Notes under the pieces: generated by a model
What the model was told of the DNA's origin: nothing
The model's database searches: none
What the model saw: only the letters and a program-made list of their open reading frames with translations
Part shown: positions 46,901-60,300 of the stretch, piece by piece
Position numbering within the stretch: position 1 is the stretch's first letter
How the letters are laid out: each line of letters opens with the position of its first letter
Assembly (NCBI RefSeq): GCF_001194135.2
Contig: NC_068986.1
Span: forward strand, 5,544,042-5,608,041
Direction: 5' to 3'
DNA: 64,000 nt
Source: Octopus bimaculoides
Taxonomy: Eukaryota
Position numbers and translations under genes: made by a program

Positions 46901-49900
46901 TTCAAGGTTACTGTATGTAGTTGTCAACTTGCAGCAATTTAAGAGGGACATTATGTCAACCTCCCTGGCTTTGAAGGGGTCTCTAAAGGCCACAGATACA
47001 GCTTCTTCTTCCAGATCAAACCAATAAAATAATAATCTTGTTTTATTATCTGTAATAGCATTTTTTTATGAAGTATTGTTTAAATGAATGTTTTGGAATG
47101 GAGCTATGTAAATTAACTAAATTTTTAACGATTTTGTTTAATTTTTTTTTTTTTTATCCTAGGAGAAAGAAACCCCTACAAAAGAAGAATATGCTGTTGC
47201 CAGATATCTTCGCTTTAATAACCCGGTGAAAGAAGGTCGTTTGGCTGGCATAACAGTGACATGTTTTATTGGTGAGCAATATGATTTCTGAAATAAGTTA
47301 AAATGTGTTGAGAAAAATATGATTTCTGAAATAAGTTAAAATGTGTTGAGAAAAATATGATTTCTGAAATAAGTTAAAATGTGTTGAGAAAAATATGATT
47401 ATGCTTATGTAATTAGTAAAGTGTATGTTTCTAAACTTTGCTTAATTCTAAAATTACTAATTTATTTAATAGATTAAGAGGAATCTTTTCTTCTTTTTTA
47501 GGGTGCAAAGCTGTTGATGCTTTAATGCAGTCTAAATGGTCTGCTTCAGAAAATAAGACCAATTCTTTGTTTACCACCAGACAGTCATGTACCAACTATC
47601 TTGGCAGGTAAGAAGTTTAATTCGTTTTATTTGTGTAATGAGAATTGCTTTATTTAGTTGAATATTTTATACAGCAAACATTCAAAGGCTTCATTCATTT
47701 CATCATTACTTTGTTTTTTGTATTCTTTATGACAAGTGGAGGCGCAATGGCCCAGTGGTTAGGGCAGCAAATTCGCAGTCATAGGGTCACGGTTTTGATT
47801 CCCAGACCGGGCGTTGTGTGTGTTTATTGAGCGAAAACACCTAAAGCTCCACAAGGCTCCGGCAGGGGATTGTGGCGAACCCTGCTGTCCTCTTCCACCA
47901 CAACTTTCTCTCACTCTTACTTCCTGTTTCTGTTGTGCCTGTAATACAAAGGGTCAGCCTTGTCACTCTGTGTCACGCTGAATATCACCAAGAACTACGT
48001 TAAGGGTACACGTGTCTGTGGAGTGCTCAGCCACTTGCACATTAATTTCACGAGCAGGCTGTTCCGTTGATCGGATCAACTGGAACCCTCGACGTCGTAA
48101 GCGACGGAGTGCCAACACTCTTTATGACAAGCATAAAACCTATGACATGTAGAGTTAACTAAGCTGTTAATTTCTTGGTTTTAACAAAAACTTTAAATAT
48201 ATTTGTTTCTTTAGTTGACCAGTAAAAGAAATTGAAAAATTTCATCAAAGCACAGAAATTGTCATATTAATCTCTCATTTTTTTGTAGTACACTATTCTA
48301 TGATATGAGGGGGTGCTGAAAAGTTCTTGGCTTTGGGTAAAAGACAATACAGGAGGATCAGTTGATTAAGATTTTATGCAACATATTCCCTTCTCAGATT
48401 CACACACTTATTGCAGTGAACCTTCAGTTTTTCTAAGCCTTGTAAAAGAACTCGGAAGGATGAGCCTCCAACCAAGCCTTTTGTGATACCCTTAAGGCCA
48501 GGAACTTTTCAACACCATGTGTATTTAAATATTTTCAGTTATACATCTTTGATATCCATTTTCCATGCTGGTGTGGGTTAGATAAGTCTACAATAAAACA
48601 TCTCTCTATACTTCACATTCTTTTCTCTCTTTTATGAACTTAAGTTTTCTTGCTCTAACCTAATAATTTTCTTTTAGTTTAGTTTATTTCTATCAGAACG
48701 CTTTTTACTGATTAGGGTATTTAGCCCCCAATCATATGGTCATGGGTTCGATTCCCAACAACGCATTGTGTCCTTGAGCAAGACACTTTATTTTATATTG
48801 CTCCAGTCCACTCAGCTGGCAAAAATGAGTTATGGCTGTAATTCAAAGGGCCAGCCATGTCACATTTTGTGTTATATTGAATCCCCTGAGAACTGCATTA
48901 AAGACACACGTGTCTGTGGAGAGCTCAGCCACTTGCACATTAATTTTTACGAGCAGGCTGTTCCATTAATTGGCTCAACTTGAACACTTGTCATAACTGA
49001 TAGAGTACCAGTTTTATTCATCATTTACGTACATATATTCTTCAACAGACAATGTAGTGAGAATTAGGTCCTCAGAAGTCAAAGTTCTTGTGAATGTCTA
49101 TTCTAGAATTCTTTCATGATTGTTTCAAGATTTGTCTCAAAGCATAACTATGATGAATACAAACTTAGGCAGGGAATTTTTTTTCTTCCTTTTACTTTGT
49201 CTGGAGGAAGAGACTGAGGCCCATGGTCTTCACAGACTAGTAAAATTGAGGCCATCAACATTCTTCTTGAACAGTTGCAAACTGACATGTGCAGGAAAAA
49301 ATTGCAACGGATTGGTGGTGGGACTAGCACCTGTGGTGTGGATACAAGAAGAGAGATTAGTAATTTGAGATTGTTTGACCTGAGATGGTGCAACACTAGC
49401 CAACTTCAAGAAGCATAAGCCCTTGTAGTAGCAGTATAAAATTTAGAGAGAGGTGGCAGCACTTAGAGCCACAACTTGATGTATGTTAATGAGTGATTTC
49501 ATGTTAATCAGTCAAGTGGTCTTTTGTTAGCTGTTGTCTAAGATGTCAGTGCTTACAGCAGCAGCAGCAACACTTTCCCAGATGAAGGCACAGTTGCCCA
49601 TTGTGAGTCTCATTTGAACTTGGTTGCGGGTTGTTGGGGATGAAATATTTTTGTACACTGCAGAGGAAGGCCATTTTTTTATGATGCAGCATTTCCCATG
49701 TCAAGGATGTTTTTCAGCCACAGGAAATCATTAGTGATGAGGACACCTAGCATTTGAAGCTATCACGACAGTTTCAGGCTGTATGCAGTTGATGTTTAAA
49801 GAGGAGCAATGTGTGCAGAAACTGTGTGGTGAACCTAGCAGAGTGAAAATAGTGTTTGAGATTTGCTTAGTGTGTAGAGTTGGATGTAAAGTGTGAGTTT

Positions 49901-52900
49901 TCTCAGCATAAGTACTGCTTACAGAATCCTCATGCTCAAAAAGTGAAGGAAAAGTTGTCAGGGATCCTTTGGCAGGGGACTAAAATAAAAATTGCTGCAG
50001 TTTAGGAGGCAGGAGAATTTAGGGGCTGTGTGATGTGCAAAGGTAGCTTTTGCAGTTTGGATGATGGCTTTGTGGAAGTTGTGTTACTGAGTAAGAGCTC
50101 TTCAATTTGTAAAAGTGGGTGATTGTTGGCAGTATTTTTTTTTATTGAACTGTTATGGTTAGTCTGTCAGCCAATCACTTGGAGAACTTGTGACTGAGTT
50201 TCGTTTGTGAGTGGTTTGTGAGAGACCTGCTTAAGAGGTTGGTTTCATTCGCTCATTTAGTTGTTACTGATAGATCAGTGGTGAAGTGTAAGTGCTGCAT
50301 GAGAGGGAACTCCAACCAGTTGTGAGAGTTGAAATCACCCTCACATGAGACATACCTAAAGACCATCACCTTCCTGCTTTGTAGTCTCCCAGTACAACAT
50401 TAATCTTTATGCTCTCCAACACTATTGACTGTTCACCAATGCATGAAGCTTTTCCTGAAAAAAAGGAGACAAAAAATTGTCAAATTTAACCTAAACAGCC
50501 GGTATATATGTAGAGACACTGTCACTTTTCTCTACTATTTGAGTAAAGAGTGCAACCTGAACAGCAGAGATGCACTGGAGATAAAGATTGAGAGGTTTGT
50601 CTCATATTAGTAAGGAGCAATCTATGGGGTTACGGTTGGGTCAAAATCTATGGATGTTTAAGGGAAGATTGTTCAGCAATTTTAGTTTTTGTCATCTAAG
50701 GAAAGGTAGAGAATGTTGATATTCCATAGGGTCATAATAACCCTTTGGTTGGAGGAGCCTGGTCAAAACACTTGTGACAGTGGACTGTGCTAAAGCCATA
50801 TACATGTCAAAAGTCAGTGTTGAACTGGGCAGTGTTATGTGTTTACCACACAAAAAGATGGGATTTGAGGCTCTATGCCACATGCAACCAAATTAGACAA
50901 ATAATGACCCATAGTCAGTGTGTGTGTATATATCTTGTGTGGCACCATGTAAAAGTGCCCGTCCGGAGCCACATAAAAGCACCTGTATGGTGCCATGTGA
51001 CAACCTGTCTGATCCATACCAGCATGAAATGAATGTTGATGATATAGGTTATTGCTCTACAAAAGTATAAATATATTCCACTCCAACTTTCATAATAGAC
51101 CATGTCATTTTATTATTGTTAATTACAGTCAATTTCCTTAGTCGACACCTTAGGAAAATTAAGACATTCTAGGGTTGATTGTATATGAGAATTCAAACTA
51201 ATGAGTATATAAATGCAACTATTTCAAACTATTAAAATTTTTTTTTTTTACTAAATAGCTTACACTTTGATTACACTTCCAGATTACTAACAAAAGGCCT
51301 CTTTCACCGGGCCATTCGGATAGAAAAGAAAAAATCAGATCGTACAAAAACAAAGAAGAAATCTATCAAGGCTGGAAGTGAAGAAGAGACCAATCTAGAA
51401 GAAGATAAGGTTTGTGCTATAATGATAGAAATTAACTTACGTGTAATCTAAATATGTAATGGTTATTAAAGATACTGGCGATTTTCTCTTTGATATGTAT
51501 ATATGTGTTACTCGTACAAATAATTCTGGTAGTTTACAATAATTGGCAATTAAGTACAGTTTTAATCCATAATGGTTATAATTGTATTTTTAAATTTGAT
51601 TAGTTGTCTACGACTGAAGATAATTTTTGTTGTACATTGATATATATATATATATATTTCTTGCTTATAAAACAAGAAACATCTACATTTTACTGAGTAA
51701 CTATTTCCATTTATATCTACATTCTTTCTGTGTTGTATTTCATAAACTGTTGTAAATGAATAGAACATTGCACAAGTCACTTATTATAATTTTTTTTTAC
51801 ATATTCTTTAGTAAAAAATTGAGCAGTTTGCCTTAGTTCCTATATATGATATATATGGTCTATGTGAAGGCATGTGGTTTAGCAGCTAAGGGTATTCTGC
51901 TCACAATTGTATGGTCATTTGTTCAGTTCCTAGCCTCATGTTGTGTCCTTGAGCAAGACACTTTATTTCATGTTGCTTCAGTTCACTCAGCTGGTAAAAG
52001 TGAGTAGTACCTGTATTTCAAATGGCCAGCCTTGGCACATTTTGTATCATGCTAAATCTCCCTGAGAACTACATTAAGTGTATGCATGTCAGCCGCTTGC
52101 ACATTAATTTCATGTGCAGGCTCAAACTGGAACCCTTGTTGCTGTAATCAACGGAGTGCCACATATATGGTCTATGTACTTTATTTCTCTTGTTACATTG
52201 AAATACAGATTGCTTTTAACATCTAAATACAAAAAGAACAAATAACGTATAAATGTACAAGTCAGTTGAGGATTGCTCACTCTTTCTCTATGTGCTGTGC
52301 AGCAAAACTTTTGCAAGTTCATATTCTCATCAATGAATGACTATTTTATGTACTCTATAGTATGTATCTTTCATGATGGAAAGAGGCGGGGTGGCATGCA
52401 TAACTCTTCATTAATTCTCAGACTGGACACCAGAATTGCTATTTTACAAACATTGAAAATATTCCTATAGCAAAATGACTTGTCATTGACTGATTCATGT
52501 AACACAAATTAGTTAACTATTTATTGTAAATTATTCTAATAGCTAAAGTGAGAATTTAAAAAATTATGTTTCTGTATTCATTTTGTATTTATCAAGGAGA
52601 AACGAAGTAAAAAAGACAAGAAAAGCAAGAAAGAAAAAGAGAAAGAGAAAGAAAGTGACCGTGAAGGTGAAAAAACAGATGACACTGAAAAGAAAAAAGA
52701 AGAAAAGGAAGAAAAGAAGGTTGATATTTTTATCTCTTAATTTGAACAATAAGCAAAATTTACATTCAAATATAACCTCACCATAATGCACTATAGCAGA
52801 TTGTGTCTATTGACAAGGCATTATTGCTGTGTGTGCATGAATTTACCTGTTACATTAATCCTTTTCTAATATAACTTGCAAAATAGCCGATTTGAAAATA

Positions 52901-53812
52901 TGATAATTTGTCAGATTCAACCACCACCATTTTAGCATTCAATTTTCCATGTTTGCATGAGTCAGACGGAGTTTATTGGGGCAGATTTTCTACAGCTTGT
53001 TGCCCTTCCTGTTACCAACCTTCACTTGTTTCCAAATAAGGTAATATTTCCCCATGGCCAGACATGTCCTCATAGAATATTAGAAATGAATGACACTGCT
53101 TGTCTGACAGTGACAATCACATGATATCAAAAATAAGGAGACACAATCACACTCATCTATATGACAGGCTTCTTTCAGTTTCCAACTTCAAAATCCACTC
53201 ACAGGGCTTTGGTCAGCCTGGGGCTGTAGCAGAAAACACTTGCCCAAGGTGCCATGTTGTGGACTGAACCCAGAACCCTATAGTTGGGAAACAAACTTCT
53301 TACCACACAGCCATGCTGATATATTTCTCCATTGATAGTATGTACTAGTTAGGTTCAAAATTAGAGATCTTCTTAAGAGACTCCAGTGTTTCATATTTCT
53401 TAGAGCTATGAAATAGGTGAATATTTTCATAATACATAATTTATATACTTGTGTGAAAACCATATTCAGGGGAAAACCATATTCAGGGATAAGTTTCAAT
53501 CCATATTTTGCATAGAAAAGTTGGTAGAAAGCTTTTATAATGGGAATCTATATAGAAGATAAGACTGCAAAGGCAAGGAAGCTTTCCAACTTATGTTACC
53601 TTTCTATATTATAATAATTCTGTTGCTTAGCCAATCAGAAATGCTTTTATGAGATTAGAGAAAAAGAGGGAGAGAGAAACATCCATGGCGTGAGGTATGA
53701 GAAAAAATTTTTCATTACTGACTACATAAAATAGAGTAAAAGAGTTTATTGTTAATCTATTCACCTTGGTTTTATATACTTGAATAATCTATAATTTTTC
53801 CTTCAAATTTAT

Positions 53813-53849
<37 letters not shown>

Positions 53850-56800
53850 GATGAAGAAAAGAAAAAGAAAGAGAAAAAGCTAAAACTTGGTATGCCAGAT
53901 GACCAAAGATTCATTGATGGAGATGAGGTATTCATTCTTGTTTGTCTGTTGTTTTTATTGAATTTGCTGAGCATTTTCTTACATTTTCTATCATTTTAAT
54001 ACTGCTTAGTGTAAAATGCAGTCTGTGAATGGCAACATTTGAAGTATTGGAAAATGAAGGAACCAGATCTGTAAAAGTGCTAAACTGTCAGATTTGTGGT
54101 TTAAGACTATTTCTATTTAATTATTCTGTGAATGTTTTTAACTGATTAAATAAAAATAACAATAAATATTTAGCAACTAAAAATATTTGTTTACTGGGGT
54201 ACAAACTGCATTTCAAGTTTGTACTGATCATAAATGTTGTTATAATACACTGTATTTTGTCACATCAATGGTAGTATTTAATCAATAATTAAGCTTTTGA
54301 ACTGTATTATAATATGAAGATGTGATTGCCAGATTTATTTATTACAAAAAACCTATAGCTTTGAAATACTTTGTGTATCAATTATATCATAAATCAAATT
54401 CTGTTCAAAAGTAAGAAAAGAGAAATTAAATATAAATGGAGAATTGGTAACAACTTGATGCTGACATTTTAATTTCATTTGATAATATAATTTTAACAAA
54501 TCACAGACTAATAGTTTATGATCCATTTTTTTGGCTATTTAATTTCTCACTCTCTTAGCCACCACTGGCAGCTATGAATAAGTTATTTCATTTTATTTTA
54601 TTCACTACACTTAGCTCTTATTAAATAGTGAACTTGCTACTGACTTAGCCTCTACAGACTAACATCTACAAATTTCAAAGCATGTTATGTGTCTATCTTT
54701 GGCTGCAATCAATTATGCTTGTGAACATTTTGACATTAGGAAAATATGTCTAAACATTTCTACAAACATTATCCCTTTGACTTTTAGCATCTTTTCTGTA
54801 ACAACACACCATAGCTAATTGACTTATGTGTGTATCTTCTTACAAGCACTTACATGTAAACTCTGCCTTGCGTGATATGTAAATTAAGATATGTTTTAAA
54901 CATATGCTTACAAGCCATATGTGTAATTATACCAATAAGATCAGATGAGGTCTTGTTCTTCTTGATGGCAGGTAGGATATAAAGAGAAAATGTGTATATC
55001 CATTATTGTTATCTGTACAACTCATTGACCATGTGGTCAATAAAATAGAGAATATGCAACCATGAAGGAAAAATAGAATCTTTAGCCATGTGAGAAGTGT
55101 GACACTACATGAGGGACAGAATGAGTCATGAATCTGATTTTCTTATGAATCATGCTTTTAAAATAAGATAAGCATGTAGCTAAGCAATTTGAGTTGATAA
55201 TTCAAACCAGTTTATATTGATTGGTACAATACAAAGTTTGTATTGTTGATCTTATATTGATCAATATGGACTTTTTAAGTTTTGATACAGTGAAATAATG
55301 TTCCATGACTCTAAAATTTTATTCTAATAAAAATTTCTCTTTTTAAATTAAAACCTTTTTTTTTTTTTTTTTAAGGTTTATGTTTGGATCTATGATCCTG
55401 TTCCTGTAAAGACTTTCATTATTGGGCTTCTCATGGGTAAGTCTTGCTAACATTTATATTTGAGAAATAATTATTTGATGATTATATTTAAGAAATACAC
55501 AAATACTATGATTTATAGTATTTTGTAATCTTATAACATCAGTGTAATATGTGAATATAATCTCTTATGAAGAATATTGTTTTTCAAGTATTTAAATCTG
55601 TTACCTGTAAAGACAATAGCAGTTATGTTCTTTCAAATAAATGCTCTAAATTGACTGACATTACATAAAATTTTTGCTTTTACAAATTTACAAAATATGT
55701 TTTCTCTTTCTTGGCAGTTCTTGGTGCCATAGCATTGTGTCTGTTTCCTCTTTGGCCAGAGGAAGTGAGAATAGGTGTTTATTATTTAAGTTTGAGTGGT
55801 GCTGGGTTCCTTGCATTCATTCTGGTCCTCTTTGTTGGTAAGCATATTTGTCTTTTGATTTTGTTGCAATTAAAATTGTTTATTTATATTTCTCTTCTTT
55901 TAAATTATATATTACTAGAGGATGATACGTCAAGTTTGCAAAATAGGGAACATACCTCTAGGTTTGCTGTAAATTATAACAATTCAGTTTTTGCATGTCA
56001 GATGTAACAGCATCATTTGTATACATTAATTTACTTAGTTTCAATCAGCACACAAAGTGTTGGTTATAATAAATTTGAATTATAAAGTATGGCTGTACGG
56101 TTTCTAAGTTTATTTTGCAACCATATGGTTTCATGTTCAATTCTATTATGTGACACCTTGATCAAGTGTTTTCTACTATAACTTTGAGCTGACCTATTCC
56201 TTGTGAGTGAAATTTGGTTGGTGGAAACTGTACGAAAGCCTGTTTGTGTGTACTCAAGTGCTTGCTTACAAGGGTAGGCTGACCAAGATGCTCTCATGGA
56301 ATGTGATCAAATGAGGTTTATTTTTCAATGTAGTCCTCTTTGCAGTTCACACACTTCTTCCATAGGTATTGCAGTGCTTGGATCCCATTGGTCAAAAAAG
56401 TCATCAACAGTAGATATGATGTCACCATCACTGCGATACTGGTTCTCAACCAAGTGTTTTTTCATGCTGATAGACAGATGGGCCCAAATTGTGAGAATAG
56501 GGAAGGTGATCAACCAGTTGAAAGCCACAGTCATGCACAGCAGCCATTGAAGCCAAGTACTTGTGTGCTGGAGCATTCTCCTGATGAAATGACCCTTTCA
56601 TCAGTTTTCCTGGGCATTTGGTCTTGATTGTCTTTTGTAACTGCTTCAGCAAGTTTGGCATAGTACTCTCCATTGATGGTGTGGCCCTCTTGAAGATAGT
56701 GGGCAAGAAATGTAAAATAAAGTTTCTTATAAACAACACAAACACTTTGTAATTTAATAGTTTTCAATGTGATGCCTGTTAAACAGAAATTATTTTTATT

Positions 56801-57837
56801 TGATGAAAATTTAATAAAATCTCATCATAAGTAAGTGAAAATATGCTGGGGGTGAATTTTACACGAGTAGAAACTTTTTTTAACAAATTTTATCCTGAAA
56901 ATCACCTGCATAAATTACATGAGTTTTTATGGTATATATAAATTACATGCCATTTCATGTTTTGAGCTTTTGGAATATTAACGTAGCAGTAGTCAAAAGT
57001 GTTAATGCCACTCCCAGTGATGAAGGGAACTAGCCTGCAAGAGCCCTGTGCTACCTAAAAAAAAGCATTCGTGCTGGCGCCACATACAAGCACTCATATC
57101 GGTGCCACATTAATAGCACCTGGCACACATTGTAAAGTGATTGCTATTAGGAAGGGAATCCAGCTGTAGAAACCAAGCCAAATCAAACTGGAACTTGGTG
57201 CAGCTCTCCGGCTTGCCAGTATTGGAAATTTCTGATGATGATGATGAATTCTAACTAATCACATGTGAGTAAATATATGTATGTAATCCAGTGTAAACTG
57301 ACTGTATGTGTTGTATATTTTGTGGTATTGTTTGCTGCAAAACAATTAAAAACTTTCTTTAACTTGACTTAATTTTCTTTCTTATTCATTTCAGTTCGTT
57401 TAATACTGTTTTGTGCTATATGGATGTGTACTCTAGGTAAACATCACTTCTGGTTTCTACCAAATCTCAATGAAGATGTTGGTTTCATTGATTCATTCCG
57501 GCCACTTTATAAACATGAAACTTATGCACCCAAAACTAAAGATTCTGACAAAAAAATAAAAGAAAATGATAAAGATGGTTTAAACAATGGCTCGGGTGAT
57601 GCCACAGTCTCTACAACTGCAACATCACCAGTGAATGAAACTCAGTCTGTCTCAACAGAAAAATCCTATGAAGAAAATAAGACTCCCAGTGAAGGGGGTA
57701 CTGAGAGTGACGCTAGTGATGACCAGGAAGGTTTTGAACTAGTGGATAAAGAGGAGTTGAGTGATGAAGAAGACAAAGAGAAAAGCGAGACAGAAAACAT
57801 GACAGAGGTATCTGAAGAATCTAAGAAAGACAAGTAA
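40929..57837 (+). CDS. SEC62: Translocation protein SEC62, 401 aa. Spliced: 40929-40967, 47163-47271, 47502-47607, 51283-51409, 52597-52719, 53850-53927, 55376-55436, 55718-55837, 57395-57837 (1206 nt)
   Basis: MAEKRKSRRKQDE-EKETPTKEEYAVARYLRFNNP...KAVDALMQSKW...LFHRA, a Lys/Glu-rich linker, DGDEVYVWIYDP, TM1, LFPLWP..RIGVYYLS, TM2, HHFWFLPNL.EDVGFIDSFRPLY and an acidic tail. All introns are GT-AG with consistent phases. Confidence 0.96.
43636..43938. mobile_element. hAT (Charlie-like) MITE
   Basis: Ends CAGGAGTTCTCAA and TTGAAAACCACTG; 8-bp TSD CTCTGGAC/CTCTAGAC matching NTCTAGAN. Confidence 0.75.
45690..46158 (+). mobile_element. RTE-3'UTR family repeat, long copy with internal repeated modules
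   Basis: Several GCACCATTTGAGCG..CGTTGCCAG modules, then the core and GAT tail. Confidence 0.8.
47163..47271 (+). CDS. SEC62: SEC62 exon 2
   Basis: tag|GAG AAA ... ATT G|gtgag; 109 nt. Confidence 0.95.
47279..47400 (+). repeat. Perfect 38-bp tandem repeat, 3.2 copies
   Basis: Unit ATATGATTTCTGAAATAAGTTAAAATGTGTTGAGAAAA. Confidence 0.95.
47502..47607 (+). CDS. SEC62: SEC62 exon 3
   Basis: tag|GG TGC AAA GCT GTT GAT ... AG|gtaag; 106 nt. Confidence 0.95.
47737..48118 (+). mobile_element. Full-length tRNA-derived SINE with 13-bp TSD; related decayed copies at ~48735-49005 and ~51865-52162
   Basis: A box TGGCCCAGTGG and B-box-like GGTTTTGATTCC; TSD TCTTTATGACAAG at 47724-47736 and 48119-48131. 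Confidence 0.85.
49150..50330 (-). mobile_element. Highly decayed LINE, probably CR1/L2-like RT C-terminus
   Basis: Reverse strand SAATSL*ILYCYYKGLCFLKLASVAP resembles the LSLFYRYY.G.CS.ELA motif; extent uncertain. Confidence 0.4.
51283..51409 (+). CDS. SEC62: SEC62 exon 4
   Basis: cag|A TTA CTA ... LFHRAIRIEKKK ... AAG|gtttgt; 127 nt. Confidence 0.92.
52597..52719 (+). CDS. SEC62: SEC62 exon 5 (Lys/Glu-rich linker)
   Basis: aag|GAG AAA CGA ... AAG|gttgat; 123 nt, in frame. Low complexity, so the boundaries are less certain. Confidence 0.8.
53850..53927 (+). CDS. SEC62: SEC62 exon 6 (DEEKKKKEKKLKLGMPDDQRFIDGDE)
   Basis: poly-T aag|GAT ... GAG|gtattc; 78 nt. Confidence 0.92.
55376..55436 (+). 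CDS. SEC62: SEC62 exon 7 (VYVWIYDPVPVKTFIIGLLM)
   Basis: aag|GTT ... G|gtaagt; 61 nt. Confidence 0.95.
55718..55837 (+). CDS. SEC62: SEC62 exon 8 (TM region, LFPLWP)
   Basis: cag|TT CTT ... G|gtaagc; 120 nt. Confidence 0.96.
56290..56780 (-). mobile_element. Mariner transposase C-terminal remnant
   Basis: FHQENAPAHK...DHLPYSHNLGPS and ...KKHL...DDFF; corresponds to the HDNAPAH and YSPDLAPSD motifs. Confidence 0.8.
57395..57837 (+). CDS. SEC62: SEC62 last exon
   Basis: cag|TT CGT TTA ...; includes ORF 57424..57837 (HHFWFLPNL...KKDK*). Confidence 0.96.
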
Positions 57838-60014
57838 AGATTTTGCTATTCTTTAAAACACTAACAACCAAAGACAATGGGGGAAGACATTTTAATGGAA
57901 TGTGCGGTTTTGGGAAACCTCAAAAGGGATGGATAAAGATATTGTATAAATATGTATAAGGAAAATACAAATAAAATTATAACAATATTTTGGTGAAGAT
58001 CGCTAATTATTACAGTATATCTGCTAGAAAATACAGCAAGAAAGTGGAGACAGGTTCAAAATTTTTATTCAACCAATTATAAACTTTATTTTAAAATGGA
58101 GTATAAATTGGAAATAAAAGAGAGAATCTTGGATAAAATATAGCCAAAATCGTTAAATTTCTGAATAGCATATATAACAAAGCTCTTTCTCTCTACATCT
58201 GCTTTCATCATTTCTTATTTTCTCTCTTTCCTTCTCCTTATATCTCTATTTTGGATAGAAATAAATGGATAAGCTTTGCATCAAATGAGTATGCGCATTG
58301 CTATTTAATCAGATATTTATCCAGATGCTTATTGAGGTTAATGATGATACTTGGATTAGTCTAATTTTACTCGATTATTGAAGCATAAATTTATATTCCT
58401 TTACAGATTAATGCACCTAGAAAATAACTATTTTACTTATTTTTTCCCCCTTTAAATATAAAAAGCAGTGTGTAATTACTACATTTTAACCATTTAAAAA
58501 GATGTATAAATTAAAAGGTTTTTCTTTTATTTTTATCTTTAGTTTGACTAAAAAATAAAAATTTTATTAAAAATACTCAATGTGGAGAATAGTAAAATAT
58601 TGTTGATATCTGACATTGGTAAATGTCATTGAGGGAGGTAGGGGATAGATGCTGGATTCAGCCTAAGTGAATAACTGGTTATTTTATCAATCTCAAGATG
58701 GATGAAAGGCAAAGCTGATGCTAGTAGAATTTGAAATCAAAGGCTAGATATACCGAACTGAATACTGATAATCATGTAAAGCAAATTATAATGTTATTTC
58801 CTAAACATATTTTATTAATATATGGCTTTAGAAGTTTTCCATAACCATGTTCACTGGAGAGTTGAAATATCTTCATACTGTTGAAATTATTCCATTTCTC
58901 TTAGAAAAACCATGTATTTTATTTCAGTTCAATTTTATTTCTTTAGTAGATAATGTTTTGTTTATAGCAATTTTTTTGTTAAATATTCATATCTTTCTCC
59001 AATTATCTTCTTCCACTTAGTAAATTCTACCTAATCACCGTTCTAGGTGTCTGACTTAAATCAGCAGTAGCAAATACTGTTCTTTGTCCAACACTATATA
59101 TATATACAAAATCAAACGTATGACAATTGCACATGAACTTGCTGAATGTGTTGTACATGCTTTCTTTCTATGTACGTATTTAAACAAAACAAAAAACATG
59201 AGCTATCTTAGCAAGTCATCAGTGTTGTTTTGGCTGATTCCCATAATCAGATCATTATCTTGCCTTATATTACTTTTCCATTGTTTTTATTTTTTGTTTG
59301 TTTGGTTTGTTTTTTTTACACATTACTTCATAACAATCCCTTGGAATGTTCATCATCTTCACATTTTGTAAAATCATTTACATCTTCATTTGTTTAAGAA
59401 TCAAAATTTTACCAGGGGAAAACTTGCCTTTATTTATATCTGATAGTATATTATACAAGTTACATATATTTCTTTTTTTTCTTTTCCTTGTAGACCACTA
59501 AAATAAACATTTTTTTTTTCTTGTTTCAAAATTCTTTTCTGTCTATTTTACATTTTAGTTATTTTTTTCTTTTTTTTTTAAATTTTATTTTCACTCAATG
59601 GAAAAAAACATTTCACTCTTTCATTCTGTTTTACATTTTAGTTCAAGATAATCTTTTCATTTATACTGAAAAGAATTATCTAAATTTGACTTTTTTTTTT
59701 GTGTGTGTCATCAGTACTTTGTTTCAAAATTTCATTTCATGAAATCCATGTCTTAATCTGTAAGTTTCTTAAAATATTAAAAAATATTTACGTTTATAGA
59801 TGCATTTTTAAAAAAAAATTTACACTCATATTTTATAGCAAATTACTTCCGGTATCTGATCATCTACATATAGCTTGATTTAAATTACAAATTTTCAATT
59901 TTCCCATTTATTTAACTATCTCCCATAGAATGAGTGATCAAGGATCAGTTACTTTAAATGGCTACCATCAGTCATTAGAATGAAGTAGCTTTGAAAAGTT
60001 AAATTCAGGGGAAT

Positions 60015-60300
60015 CATCATCATCAGTTAACGTCCGCTTTCCATGCTAGCATGGGTTGGACGATTTGGCTGAGGACTGGCAAGCCAGAAGGCTGCATCAG
60101 GCTCCAATCTGATCTGGCAGAGTTTCTACAGCTGGATGCCCTTCCTAATGCCAACCACTCCGAGAGTGCAGTGGGTGCTTTTACATGCCACTGACCAGAG
60201 GGCCAGTCACACGGTACTGGCAACGGCCACGCTCAAAAAAGTGTGTTTTACGTGCCACCTGCATGGGAGCCACTCCAGTAGCACTGACAACGACCAAGCT
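60015..60300 (-). mobile_element. RTE-3'UTR family repeat copy
   Basis: Reverse complement of 45900-46158. Confidence 0.8.

Noticed and set aside
52564-52791. Phe/Leu-rich minus-strand ORF and Lys/Arg-rich plus-strand ORF 52583..52786
   Set aside because: Antisense and off-frame shadows of SEC62 exon 5.
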